DNA from: Nannocystis bainbridge | Lineage (GTDB): Bacteria; Myxococcota_A; Polyangia; Nannocystales; Nannocystaceae | Reading direction: 5' to 3' | Assembly: GCF_028368995.1 (NCBI RefSeq) | Contig: NZ_JAQNDL010000001.1 | Span: 2,144,001-2,208,000 of the forward strand | DNA length: 64,000 nucleotides | In this document: positions 47,447-57,456 of the stretch, in pieces | Numbering within the stretch: position 1 is the first letter of the stretch | How the letters are laid out: every line of letters begins with the position of its first letter | Notes under the pieces: model-generated | What the model was told of the DNA's origin: nothing | What the model saw: only the letters and a program-made list of their open reading frames with translations | The model's database searches: none | Position numbers and translations under genes: made by a program

Positions 47447-48568
47447 ATGACCGCAAAGACACCCAGCAAAAAGGCCCGTTACGCCGTGGTCGGCGCCGGC
47501 AACATCGCCCAGGTCGCAGTGTTGCCGGCCTTCGCCAACGCCGGCGAGAACTCCGAGCTGGTCGCGCTCGTCTCCGGCGACCCGATCAAGCGCGAGGCCC
47601 TGCCCGAGCGCTACGCCAGCATCGAGCACCTCGGCGACTACGACCAATTCGAGGCCGTGCTGCAGCGCGCCGGCGTCGACGCCGTGTTCATCGCCACCCC
47701 CAACACCCACCACCGCGAGTTCACCGAGCGCGCCGCGCGGATCGGCGTCCATGTCCTGTGCGAGAAGCCGATGGCGCCGACCGTCGCCGACTGCGAGGCC
47801 ATGATCGCCGTCTGCCGCGAGCACCGCGTCAAGCTCATGATCGCCTACCGCCTCCACTTCGAGGCCGCCAACCTGCAGGCCATCGAGGCCCTCAAGGACG
47901 GCAAGATCGGCGACCCGCGGATGTTCAGCTCGCTGTTCACCCAGCAGGTCCGGCCCGGCGACATCCGCACCCGCCGCGAGCTGGCCGGCGGCGCCCTCCT
48001 CGACCTCGGCGTCTACCCGATCAACGCCGTGCGCTACCTGTTCCGCGAGGAGCCGACCGAGGTCCTCGCCGCCGTGTCGAGCAGCGGCGACGCCCGCTTC
48101 GACGGCGTCGACGAGACCACCACCGCGATCCTCCGCTTCGCCAGCGGCCGCGTCGCCCAGCTCACCGTCAGCCTCGGCGGCTCGTCGGCCGGCTATTACC
48201 GCGTCGTCGGCACCGAGGGCGACCTCCACGCCGAGCCGATCTACGACTACGAGCAGGGCCTCGAGCTCGCCATCACCACCGAGGGCAAGCGCAGCGAGCA
48301 AAAATTCCCCAAGCGCGATCAGTTCGCCCCCGAGCTGCTCGAGTTCTCGCGCTGCGTGCTCGAGGATCGCGAGCCCGAGCCGTCGGGCGAGGAGGGCCTG
48401 GCCGACCTCCGCGTGGTCGAGGCGATCTTCGAGTCGGCCCGCAGCGGTCGCGCCGTGCAGCTGCCCCCGTGGTCGCGGGCCCAGCGGCCCGACGCCACGC
48501 AGGAGCACAAGAGGCCGCCCGTCGACCCGCCCGAGCCGATCCGCGCCCCCTCGCCGACGATCCGCTGA
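47447..48568 (+). CDS. Gfo/Idh/MocA oxidoreductase (glucose-fructose oxidoreductase-like)
   Basis: VVGAGNIA, HVLCEKPMA, AYRLHFE, GGALLDLGVY. Confidence 0.92.
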   Translation: MTAKTPSKKARYAVVGAGNIAQVAVLPAFANAGENSELVALVSGDPIKREALPERYASIEHLGDYDQFEAVLQRAGVDAVFIATPNTHHREFTERAARIGVHVLCEKPMAPTVADCEAMIAVCREHRVKLMIAYRLHFEAANLQAIEALKDGKIGDPRMFSSLFTQQVRPGDIRTRRELAGGALLDLGVYPINAVRYLFREEPTEVLAAVSSSGDARFDGVDETTTAILRFASGRVAQLTVSLGGSSAGYYRVVGTEGDLHAEPIYDYEQGLELAITTEGKRSEQKFPKRDQFAPELLEFSRCVLEDREPEPSGEEGLADLRVVEAIFESARSGRAVQLPPWSRAQRPDATQEHKRPPVDPPEPIRAPSPTIR

Positions 48569-48688
48569 TTCGTCCGCGACGGCCCCACGCGCGCCTCGCA
48601 GCGCGCCCGGGCCCGCGCGTGCGTCGACGCAGTCCTGCTGGCGGCGCGAGGGCTTGCGCCGCCGGGGCCGACGGCGGTCAATCGCGGC

Positions 48689-50572
48689 ATGCATCGATTC
48701 AGCCTACCCCTCACCGCGGCCGCGCTCGTCCTCGTCGGCTGCGGCGGCGACGACTCCGCCGTGTCCGCCAGCCAGACCGACGGCAGCACCGCGACCGCGA
48801 CGGCCCCCGCGACCGACACCCAGGGCCCCACCTCGACCGAGGCCGCACCGACCTCCTCGACCACCGAGGCCAGCGGCACCGCCGGCGCCAGCGACTCGAC
48901 CACGACGTCCTCCACCACCGCCAGCTCCGACACCACCTCGCCCACCGGCACCGGCGTCGTCACGGCCAGCGACCCCTCCACGAGCACCACCGGCACCACC
49001 CAGCCCTGCCTCTGCGTCCCCGGCGAGCTCGCCGGCTGCGACCGCGACGGCCAGCAGCTCGTGTGTCAGGACGACTGTCAGACCCTCGATCCCGAGCCGT
49101 GCCCCGGCGGCGGCGCCTGCATCGACGGCGCCTGCTCGACCGACCTCTGCAAGCCCGGGCAAAAGGTCTGCGAGGGCGAGGACGCCTACAAAGAATGCAA
49201 CGACCAGGGCGACGGCTGGCAGCCCCCCGTCGATTGCGCGCTCGAGGAGACCTGCGCCGGCGGCCAGTGCCTCTCGCTGTGCAGCCTCGCCGAGGAGACC
49301 CCCAGCTCGGTCGGCTGCTCCTTCTTCGCGGTGCGCCAGGACAACTACGATTACGAGCAGGTCGACTCGCTGGTGGTCGGCAACACCTCCAAGACCAAGA
49401 CCGCCTCCGTCCAGCTCTACTTCACCCCCGACGGCACCAACAACGAGCAGCCCTCCGGCATGCCCGCCAACCTCCTCCCGGGCGTCACCCTCGAGTTCCA
49501 GCTCACCAACCAGCCCTTCATGAAGGTCAGCGCCCTGCGCAAGGGCGGCGTCTACCGCGTCCAGAGCACCATCCCGATCGTCGCCTATCAACATTCGCCG
49601 ATCACCGCCCAGGCCACCAACGACTCGTCGATGCTGCTGCCCGAGCACGCCCTGCGGCAGGACCACGTCATCACCGCCTATGGTGACACCGTCGGCGGCG
49701 AGGACCGCCCCAGCTACTTCAACGTCGTCGCCACCACCGACGGCACCACCGTCCAGTGGACCCCGCCGATCGGCACCGTCGCCGGCGCCGGCGTGCCGGG
49801 CGTCGCCGCCAACCAGACCGGCAGCGTCATGATGAACCGCTTCGACGTCATGCAGGTCCGCGCCCCCAACGACGCCGACCTGTCCGGCACCTTCGTGCAC
49901 GCCGACAAGCCGATCTGGGTCATCGGCGCCGTCAACTGCGCCAACGTCCCCGCCAACGTCTTCTTCTGCGACCACCTCGAGGAGCAGGTCATCCCGCTCG
50001 ACTATTGGGGCAAGCAGTACATCGGCGCCCACTCGCCCAAGCGCGGCTCCGAGAAGCACTACTGGCGCGTCTACGCCGGCGAGGACCAGACCACGATCAC
50101 CACCACCCCGGTCCAGGCCGGCACCCCCTTCGTGCTCAACAAGGGCCAGTGGAAGGAGCTCGTGATCCCCAACAACACCAGCTTCGTGTTCGACGGCGAC
50201 AAGCCGTTCATGCCCGTGCAATACCTCGAGGGCGAGGGCGGCGGCGCCGGCACCGGCGACCCCGCCATGTACCAGATGGTCCCGGTCGAGCAGTTCCTCG
50301 ACCGTTATGCCTTTGTCACCGGCACCGGCTACTCCATCCATTATGCCCAGATCATCCGCCTCGCCGGCAACCCCGACGTCGTCATCGACGGCCAGACCGT
50401 CACCGGCTACTACGCCGTCGGCGGCTACGAGGTCGCCGACTTCCCGATCGACGAGGGCGCCCACCTGGCCGAGAGCGACGCCCCGTTCGGCATCCTCAAC
50501 ATCGGCTACACGCCGGTGACGTCGTACGCGTACCCGGGCGGGCTGAAGCTGAAGATCATCAACCCGCAGTGA
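48689..50572 (+). CDS. Lipoprotein with Thr/Ser linker, Cys-rich repeats and IgGFc-binding-like domain
   Basis: LVGC lipobox; SVGCSF; STIPIVAYQH..NDSSMLLP; DLSGT.V.ADKPI; CDHLEEQ; GDPAM; SYAYPGG. Confidence 0.85.
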   Translation: MHRFSLPLTAAALVLVGCGGDDSAVSASQTDGSTATATAPATDTQGPTSTEAAPTSSTTEASGTAGASDSTTTSSTTASSDTTSPTGTGVVTASDPSTSTTGTTQPCLCVPGELAGCDRDGQQLVCQDDCQTLDPEPCPGGGACIDGACSTDLCKPGQKVCEGEDAYKECNDQGDGWQPPVDCALEETCAGGQCLSLCSLAEETPSSVGCSFFAVRQDNYDYEQVDSLVVGNTSKTKTASVQLYFTPDGTNNEQPSGMPANLLPGVTLEFQLTNQPFMKVSALRKGGVYRVQSTIPIVAYQHSPITAQATNDSSMLLPEHALRQDHVITAYGDTVGGEDRPSYFNVVATTDGTTVQWTPPIGTVAGAGVPGVAANQTGSVMMNRFDVMQVRAPNDADLSGTFVHADKPIWVIGAVNCANVPANVFFCDHLEEQVIPLDYWGKQYIGAHSPKRGSEKHYWRVYAGEDQTTITTTPVQAGTPFVLNKGQWKELVIPNNTSFVFDGDKPFMPVQYLEGEGGGAGTGDPAMYQMVPVEQFLDRYAFVTGTGYSIHYAQIIRLAGNPDVVIDGQTVTGYYAVGGYEVADFPIDEGAHLAESDAPFGILNIGYTPVTSYAYPGGLKLKIINPQ

Positions 50573-50689
50573 CCCGCGCTCGTGTCCCTGCGTGTCGACC
50601 GCGATGAGCAGCCTCGAGCTGCTCGTCGCCATGCTCGAGCTCGGTGCCCTTCTCGATCATGAAGCTCGCCACGAACCGGTACCGGAGCG

Positions 50690-51637
50690 TCACGAGCATA
50701 CCCCGCGCTGCAGTCGGGCCGCGATCGCCTGCAGCGTCGGGGCCAGCTCCGCCGGCTCGAGCAGCGTGAACTCGAGGCCCGCGTGGACGATCAGCGCCGC
50801 CAGCGTCTCGGCCGACTCGGCGCCGATGACGTACACCGCGCTGCTCGCGTCGGACGACTCCAGCAGGCCCGTCCACGGCGGGACGCGCTCGGCGATCTGC
50901 TCCGGCGACCCGTACAGGCGCACCCGCGCCTGGTGCTGGTACGGCGCCACCGCGATCGACCGCGACACGTACGACGCGATGTCCTCCGGCAGTTCGCGCG
51001 GCGTGAATCGGGCCCCGCGGATCAGCTTCGCCGCCACGCGGTCGACCCGGAACGTCCGCAAGCTCTCGCGCCCGAGGTCCCACGCGACCAGGTACCAGAC
51101 CCGGCCGGTGTGCACGAGCCGCAGCGGCTGGACCTGGCGCGTCGTCGACTTCCCGTCCCGGTCGCCGTAATCGAAGCGCAGCTCGACCTCATCGCGGCAA
51201 GCCGCGGCGATCGCCGTCAACGCCCCGAGGTCCGCCGCGGTCCGCCGGTCGAGCAGCGACAGCGTCACCTCCGGCAGCGCGCCCAGGCGACGGCGCAGGC
51301 GCGACGGCAGCAGCTGATCGAGCTTGGCCAGCACGCGCAGCGCCACCGCCTGCAGGTTGGCCACCGTGCCCGCCGCCGCCCCGAGCGCGACGGCCACCGC
51401 CACCGCCTCGTCGTCGTCCAGCAGCAGCGGCGGCGTCCTCGTGCCCGCGCCGAGGCGATAGCCGCCGCCGGGCCCCGAGGACGCCTCGACCGCGTAGCCG
51501 AGCTCGCGCAGTCGATCGACGTCGCGCCGGACCGTGCGCACATCGACCTCGAGCCGCTCGGCCAGCTCGTCGCCCGACCACTCGTGCCGGGCCTGAAGTA
51601 GCGAGAGGAGCCGCAGCACCCGCGTCGAGGCCTTCAC
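50690..51637 (-). CDS. YafY-family HTH-WYL transcriptional regulator
   Basis: RVLRLLSLLQ..LAERLEVDVRTVRRDVDRLRELGY; WYLVAWD..RTFRVDR; GTG start. Confidence 0.93.
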   Translation of the reverse strand: MKASTRVLRLLSLLQARHEWSGDELAERLEVDVRTVRRDVDRLRELGYAVEASSGPGGGYRLGAGTRTPPLLLDDDEAVAVAVALGAAAGTVANLQAVALRVLAKLDQLLPSRLRRRLGALPEVTLSLLDRRTAADLGALTAIAAACRDEVELRFDYGDRDGKSTTRQVQPLRLVHTGRVWYLVAWDLGRESLRTFRVDRVAAKLIRGARFTPRELPEDIASYVSRSIAVAPYQHQARVRLYGSPEQIAERVPPWTGLLESSDASSAVYVIGAESAETLAALIVHAGLEFTLLEPAELAPTLQAIAARLQRGVCS

Positions 51638-51652
51638 CGCGCCAGGATAATC

Positions 51653-51671
51653 GAGGACCGATCCTGTCCTC
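51653..51671. promoter_or_regulatory. Inverted repeat GAGGAC-N7-GTCCTC, candidate operator of the WYL regulator
   Basis: Lies in the 87-bp spacer between the divergent WYL and GFA genes. Confidence 0.5.
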
Positions 51672-51724
51672 AACCCCTGGTATCCCTGGAAGCGCGTCTC
51701 CGACGCGAGAAAGGTTCAAAAAGC

Positions 51725-52159
51725 ATGAGCGACACGACCACGGATGCGGGCGGCGGTTCGAAGCGGACCTACCACGGGAGCTGCGCGTGCCGCAGGGTGC
51801 GCTTCGAGGCGGACATCGACCTCTCGCAGGGCACCGGCAAGTGCAACTGCACGAGCTGCTGGAAGCGGCGCTGGTGGAGCGTCAAGGTCCAGCCGGGCGA
51901 TTTCCGGGCGATGGGCGGCGAGGACGCGCTGAGCAAATACCGCCCGGACGCGACGAGCGGCGGCCACTGCAAGCACTGCGGCGTCACCCCGTACGACTTC
52001 GTCGACGCCGCCGAGTGGAACGAAGGCGCGTACGTCTCGGTCAACATCGCCTGCCTCGACGACCTCGAGCCCGCCGACCTGGTCGCAGCGCCGGTCGTCT
52101 ACATGAACGGCCGCGCCGACGACTGGTGGCACCCGCCCGCCGAGACGCGGCACCTGTGA
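51725..52159 (+). CDS. GFA (CENP-V/glutathione-dependent formaldehyde-activating) family protein
   Basis: YHGSCAC..VRF, CNCTSC, CKHCG, VNIACLD. Confidence 0.92.
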   Translation: MSDTTTDAGGGSKRTYHGSCACRRVRFEADIDLSQGTGKCNCTSCWKRRWWSVKVQPGDFRAMGGEDALSKYRPDATSGGHCKHCGVTPYDFVDAAEWNEGAYVSVNIACLDDLEPADLVAAPVVYMNGRADDWWHPPAETRHL

Positions 52160-52242
52160 ATGGGGCGGGCCCGCGGCTCACGTGGCCGCGCGGGCGGGAT
52201 TCGAGCAAACCGCAAAGATGCTCGTCAGGGCGACCCGCAGTC

Positions 52243-52773
52243 CTACCAGTTCGGCACGAGCACGAACACGGCCGGATTCGCGGGGTCGTACGCGACCTCG
52301 ACCGCCCGGTTCACGAACTCCGCCGCGTCGCTCGCCGTGTCGACCAGCGTCGTGAACGGCGCCACCGGCCCGTTCACCCCCACCGCGAGCCTGAGCTTCG
52401 TCGTGGTCACGCGCTGCGCCTGGACCACCCGCGCCTGGGCCCGCGAGCCACGCTCGAGCAGGCCCTGAATCCTGGCGATCGCCCGGCTGCGCCGGCTCAG
52501 GCCGAGGCGGTTAACCGCCACGGCTGTCGCCACCGCGCCGACCATGACGCCGATCCCGACGAACTGCCAGCTCCACCCATTCGCCGCGTTCTCGCCGCCG
52601 AGCGCCGTCGGCACAGGATCGCGTCCGACGGACTCCATCTCAAAACTCCCGAAAAAGCACAGGGCCCCGCCCACCATCACGCCGAGCAATCCGACCCCGA
52701 TCGCCGCGACGAGCACCAGCGCCCTGGACTGCTCCCGGGAGTCGACGATGCGCGCGGCGAGGACCTCGTTCAT
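52243..52773 (-). CDS. Small membrane protein (two TM helices plus C-terminal beta domain)
   Basis: Two hydrophobic segments; ends VEVAYDPANP. Confidence 0.6.
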   Translation of the reverse strand: MNEVLAARIVDSREQSRALVLVAAIGVGLLGVMVGGALCFFGSFEMESVGRDPVPTALGGENAANGWSWQFVGIGVMVGAVATAVAVNRLGLSRRSRAIARIQGLLERGSRAQARVVQAQRVTTTKLRLAVGVNGPVAPFTTLVDTASDAAEFVNRAVEVAYDPANPAVFVLVPNW

Positions 52774-52849
52774 CGCCGCCAAGTATAACCCGGCGCGAGG
52801 TCCGTGCCCGCGCACGTTCTCGCGCTTCGACCACGCCTGCTCGGCGCGA

Positions 52850-55522
52850 CTACCTTTTCGCCTTCTCCCCTGGCGACTTCGATCCCGACTTCTTCGTAGC
52901 CTTCTTCGTCGGCGACTTCTTCGCAGCCTTCTTCGCCGTCGTCGTCGTCCCCGACTTCTTCGCCCCCGACTTTGTCGACGCCTTCGCGGTCCTCGTCGTC
53001 ACCGACTTTTTGGTTCCCGACGTCTTCTCCCCCGACTTCTTCGCCGTCTTCTTCGCCCCCGACTTCTTCACCGCCTTCGCAGTCTTCGTCGTCCCCGAAT
53101 TCTTCCCGGCCTTCGCGGTTTTCTTCGTCGGCCCTGACCTCTTCGCCGCCTTCTTGGCTCCCGACTTCTTCGTAGTCTTCGCGGTCTTCGTCCCCGATTT
53201 CTTCGCCGCCTTCTTGGCTCCCGACTTCTTCACCGCCTTCGCGGTCTTCTTCCCTGACTTCTCCGCCCCCGCCGGCTTCGCGCTCACACGAACCGGGGGC
53301 TCCTCGCGCTCCGCGAGCTGGCGCAGCTCGAACGAGTCATACGGAAGATCGAAGTCGCCGAAGACCTCCGCGTGATTGACGAAGTTGGGGAATGCGTCGA
53401 CCACATCCGCGCAGGCTCGCAGCGCCCGGCGCTGCACCGGCGACAGCTGCTCGGGCTCGCCGTCCGGAAACAGCACCCCGAACAGCGTCTCCAGCGTCGT
53501 CACCTGCGACAGCGGATCTTGCTCGTGCATCACCGCGATCAAGCCGCCCATGTGCTGTGCCAGCACCTCGTCGGGCAGATGGTCGCGCGCCACCTCGGCC
53601 GCGTCTCCGCGGAAGAACGGCTCCAGCGCCACCATCGCCTCGTCGATCGGCGAACCGTCGATCACGTACGGCTCAATCGCTGCGATCCACGCCGGCGCCG
53701 GCTCCTCCGCGCGCGAGTCGAGCAGCACCGCCAGCAGGAAGCGCACCATCGGGTCGCTCTCGACCGCGAACGCCGCCTCGAACGCCGCCTGCGACGCCTC
53801 CGCGCTGGCCGTCATCCCCAGCCCCATCGCCGCCCGCCCGCGCTCGCCCGGCGTCGCTCCTGCTCGCAGGCGCTGCGCGAAGAACTCGATCGTCTCCCGC
53901 TGCCCGCGCCCCGCGTGCGCCATCAAGAACTCACCCTCGCGCGCCAGCTCCTCGTCCTCGCCGCTCGCCAGCGCCATGAAGCGGGCCAGCGACGGGCGCA
54001 TCGCCGTCATCCACGCCTCGTACGGCTTTCGCGTCTCGGTGATGTACGGCAATTGCAGCACCTGGACCAGGAATTCGATCACTCGCCGCTCCACCGCCGG
54101 CCGCGACCCCTGCAGCGGCAGCATCGTCGCCAGCGCCGTCGCCACCCGATACGTCGCCGGATACACGCTGCCCTGATGCTCGATCTCCGGCCAGATCTGC
54201 CCCAGCGAATACTCCGCGATGGCCGGCTCGTCCGCCAGCACCCCTTTCACGTACAGCGGCAGCGCCTTGCCCGCGCCGAACGCCGTCTCCACCCGCGCCC
54301 ACGAGCCCGGACCCAGGGCCGCCTTCAGCTCCGGCGACACTTCCAGCCGCTCCAACGCCTCCGCAGTGACGTTCTCCTCGTGGGCCTGGTGAAACGCCTC
54401 GCGCACGAACGACGGATCGTCCTGCGTCTGCTCCTCGTCATAGGCGGCGAACCCCGGCAGGAAGCAGCTCCAACCGTCATATTCGTTGAGCGAGTGCTCG
54501 CCGTCCGTCGCCATCGTCAGCTCTGCCGCGCCCGTCGAATCGTGCAGCGTCCACACCCCTTTGCCCCCGCCCGACGACGCATACGAGACCAGCAGCGCGC
54601 CCGACAGCTCGTAGTATTCGACCTTGCGCGGCGGCTGCTCCGGGTCCTCGCCCGATTGCGCCTCGAACACCAGCCTGTCCTCGTAATAGCGGCGCACGTG
54701 GTGCGGCCCGACCTCCTCCATCCGCACCGAGTACAGCCGCTTCCCCGCCGGATCGAAGAACGTCTCCGTGCGATCGTTATCGCCATTGCGGTACAGCGTC
54801 GCGCTGCGGACCGCTGGCGGCTCGGTGTCATCATAATAGAACGACTGCACCAGATCACCGTTCTCCGCCCACCGCCTGGTCATCGACAGCGCACCACTGC
54901 TATAAGTATCCTCCTCGCGCGGCTGCCCCGCGGGCTCGTGCAGGCTGCGCTCCGCGAGAACTCCGTTGCGGTCCCACTGGCGCCGCTCCCCGCGGAGCTC
55001 GCCGGTCCCCATCGCGCTCCGCTGCAGCACCCAGGCGTCCACCTCCGGGTCGTAGAACGCCTCCGCCGGCACGCTCGCCGGCCGCGGCGGCAGCGCTTCG
55101 CCGTCGCGCGCCACAGGCCGCCCCTGCGCGTCGAACGTCCGCTCCGTGGCGATGTAACCGTCGTCGTCGAACTCGCGCTCGATGACCCGCACCGCCTCGC
55201 CAAGGTCCGGGTCCCAGTATTTGTCCTCCGGCGACGGCCCGTCCAGCCGCCTCCACCGCATCAGCCCCGTCCACGCATCTTTTAAAAGATTCTTCGCCCC
55301 GCGCTGCGCCTCCGAGCCGTCCGGATGGAACCGCCGATACTCGAGCCGCTGCGTCCCGTCGCCCCACTCCTCCACGCACTCGACCTCGCCGCTCGCGCGC
55401 CACGAGGTCCACGTCCCGACCCGCCGCCCGGTGGCGTCCTTGGGCCCCGAGTTCCAGACTTCATCCTCCCAGAACGCATCGGCAGGCACATGAGCGGGCT
55501 TCGCGGGGGGGTGCTTCGGCAT
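52850..55522 (-). CDS. Large hypothetical protein: MORN-like repeats, HEAT-like helical region and histone-H1-like Lys/Ala tail
   Basis: G.W..W..SG / F.PDG / WDRNG repeats; WPEIEHQGSVYPAT; tail of KKSG(A/T)KK(T/A)AK repeats. Confidence 0.75.
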   Translation of the reverse strand: MPKHPPAKPAHVPADAFWEDEVWNSGPKDATGRRVGTWTSWRASGEVECVEEWGDGTQRLEYRRFHPDGSEAQRGAKNLLKDAWTGLMRWRRLDGPSPEDKYWDPDLGEAVRVIEREFDDDGYIATERTFDAQGRPVARDGEALPPRPASVPAEAFYDPEVDAWVLQRSAMGTGELRGERRQWDRNGVLAERSLHEPAGQPREEDTYSSGALSMTRRWAENGDLVQSFYYDDTEPPAVRSATLYRNGDNDRTETFFDPAGKRLYSVRMEEVGPHHVRRYYEDRLVFEAQSGEDPEQPPRKVEYYELSGALLVSYASSGGGKGVWTLHDSTGAAELTMATDGEHSLNEYDGWSCFLPGFAAYDEEQTQDDPSFVREAFHQAHEENVTAEALERLEVSPELKAALGPGSWARVETAFGAGKALPLYVKGVLADEPAIAEYSLGQIWPEIEHQGSVYPATYRVATALATMLPLQGSRPAVERRVIEFLVQVLQLPYITETRKPYEAWMTAMRPSLARFMALASGEDEELAREGEFLMAHAGRGQRETIEFFAQRLRAGATPGERGRAAMGLGMTASAEASQAAFEAAFAVESDPMVRFLLAVLLDSRAEEPAPAWIAAIEPYVIDGSPIDEAMVALEPFFRGDAAEVARDHLPDEVLAQHMGGLIAVMHEQDPLSQVTTLETLFGVLFPDGEPEQLSPVQRRALRACADVVDAFPNFVNHAEVFGDFDLPYDSFELRQLAEREEPPVRVSAKPAGAEKSGKKTAKAVKKSGAKKAAKKSGTKTAKTTKKSGAKKAAKRSGPTKKTAKAGKNSGTTKTAKAVKKSGAKKTAKKSGEKTSGTKKSVTTRTAKASTKSGAKKSGTTTTAKKAAKKSPTKKATKKSGSKSPGEKAKR

Positions 55523-55831
55523 GGTGCGCGCGAGGGTGGCCTGCGTCTCATATCGCTGTCAACCCGAGGCGGCACCGAAGCGCTCGTTCGCGCATGCAGC
55601 CTAACATGTCCTTACGGTCATATATCTATGAGGCATCATCTGGCTGGCGCTTGGAGCCCGTACCTCGTCGGCGACAACGACCCTCGTCGTCGCCCGGATC
55701 GTCCGGCCGAAGTTTGGCCGCAAGGGATCTGCGGCTGGCACGAGCAGCTCGCCGGCCTGTGCCCGACCCGACCCGCCGTGAACGGCGGCCCTCGGATCAT
55801 GCTCGGGTCCGAGAGCACGCGGGAAGCTTTG

Positions 55832-57013
55832 TCAAGGGAGCTTCGTAATGCTGCCGGAGACCTGATCGCCCGTCTGATAAAGCTCCAAGCGAGCTGAAGC
55901 AAGCATTGCACCGATGCCCAGATCGCCCAGGCCTGGAACCTTTTGAGTGTCCGCCACCTGAATAGCGAGTTTGTAATGGCGTGGAGCCTCGGGTGCGGAG
56001 TCGAGGTGGCGTTTCACCCTCTCCGGCTGCGTCGTGAGGATTGCCCATCCCCCTTGCTCGTCCGCCCAGGCGTAAAGGTAAACGGCCAGTCCGCCCACAC
56101 CGAACACCGGCTTGCCGCGCTTGGGGGACCGCGCCGGATGTCCCCCGCCCCCTCGGCCCTCGACCAGGCCGACGAGTGAGGCTGCAGCCGCCGGGAGCGT
56201 TCGGACGAGCACCGTTACTGCCAGTCCTTGCCCCGCGTCCTCGACAGCGACGCCGACATCCGTCGTGTTGTCATAAATCGCACGCAGCTCAGGGGGTAGC
56301 CCATTGACGATCGCAGCGAGGGCGTTGGGCCACTGCTCGACCGCGAACAAGATAAGGAGAGTAGAATTTGCGAGGCCGAGAGTGTCAAGCAGCTCAGATA
56401 CCCGCTCAGGGGCGAAGCTCCCCGTCGCCAGCGGAGCGAGGGCGCCGGCCGACGGTGTTCCGACGACATGCGCACACAGCAAAGTCTCGCTACAGAGAGA
56501 CTCGACAGGAAATCGAGTCGGCGCCGGAGTCGGCCACATCCCGGCGATCAACTCGCTCGCTGAGGTTTCCGGCACCCATCGAAATGTTAATATGTTGTCG
56601 CGGGCAGGCTGTCCTACTACGGCCGTGAAGATCCGCTTGGCCTCCCGGAGCTCGCCAAACTGTTCGATAAGGGAGAACCCCTGATCCAACAACCGCACGC
56701 CGTCCACCGGAGACCTCGTCACCAGAGCATCCGCGAGCTCGCTCGCAGAGGTGCTACCCCAATTCAACGCGAGCGCGGAGCCATCGAGGGTAAACTCCAT
56801 TGAGGGCCCTGAACTACCGGCTTGCTGGACCGGTGCGACGAGGCCTTCAGATACGATCGCCATCCGCTGCGAACGTGTCAGGGGATCCAGGAGATCCTCC
56901 GGTCGCAAATGGCTGTGCTTGGGGTATCTAATATCAAATTGATCGTACACCACTTCCGTTTCGTCTACGCGGACGACCAAGGCGCGGTCATCGGCACCGC
57001 CGCAGAAGGCCAT
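55832..57013 (-). CDS. Hypothetical protein with atypical, lower-GC codon usage; may be 5'-truncated
   Basis: 393-aa ORF in a visibly more AT-rich patch, where long chance ORFs are less likely. Confidence 0.55.
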   Translation of the reverse strand: MAFCGGADDRALVVRVDETEVVYDQFDIRYPKHSHLRPEDLLDPLTRSQRMAIVSEGLVAPVQQAGSSGPSMEFTLDGSALALNWGSTSASELADALVTRSPVDGVRLLDQGFSLIEQFGELREAKRIFTAVVGQPARDNILTFRWVPETSASELIAGMWPTPAPTRFPVESLCSETLLCAHVVGTPSAGALAPLATGSFAPERVSELLDTLGLANSTLLILFAVEQWPNALAAIVNGLPPELRAIYDNTTDVGVAVEDAGQGLAVTVLVRTLPAAAASLVGLVEGRGGGGHPARSPKRGKPVFGVGGLAVYLYAWADEQGGWAILTTQPERVKRHLDSAPEAPRHYKLAIQVADTQKVPGLGDLGIGAMLASARLELYQTGDQVSGSITKLP

Positions 57014-57390
57014 TGGAACTCGACCTGGACCTCACCGCGGAGCGGTTCCCATATCTCGGGGCAACCTCGCCGGGACTGGAAATCAACGCCGTGCGCCTGG
57101 TTCTCGTCCCAGACCTCGAGACACCCATCGGCGGCGTCCAGCTCGAGAGCGCCGGCGTCGCGGTCGGGGAAGCACAGGGTCTGACGCCGAACGCGGCGAT
57201 CCTCGGGGGCTTGCCGACGACTCGCTGGGGCGACCTCACGGAGGCGCCTGGCGCCTTCAAGGTAAAGATCGCGGACGGGCAAATCCCCGAGGCCCATCGA
57301 GAGGAGTACACTATCGATGGGATCACTTATCGTCGGTTCAAGGCCGGGTCGGTACGTGACCTGCTCGTCATCGTGCACTTCACCGTGTGA
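57013..57390 (+). pseudogene. Probable C-terminal gene fragment, tentatively Tc-toxin A-like
   Basis: No clear RBS or start; LDLTAERFPY...VRDLLVIVHFTV resembles, from memory, the ends of TcA-related proteins. Confidence 0.3.
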
Positions 57391-57456
57391 GCGTCAGCGC
57401 GCGCAAATCGCGCCCGGACGCTTGCGCGGTTACCCCCTCGCTTGTATAAAAGGAGC

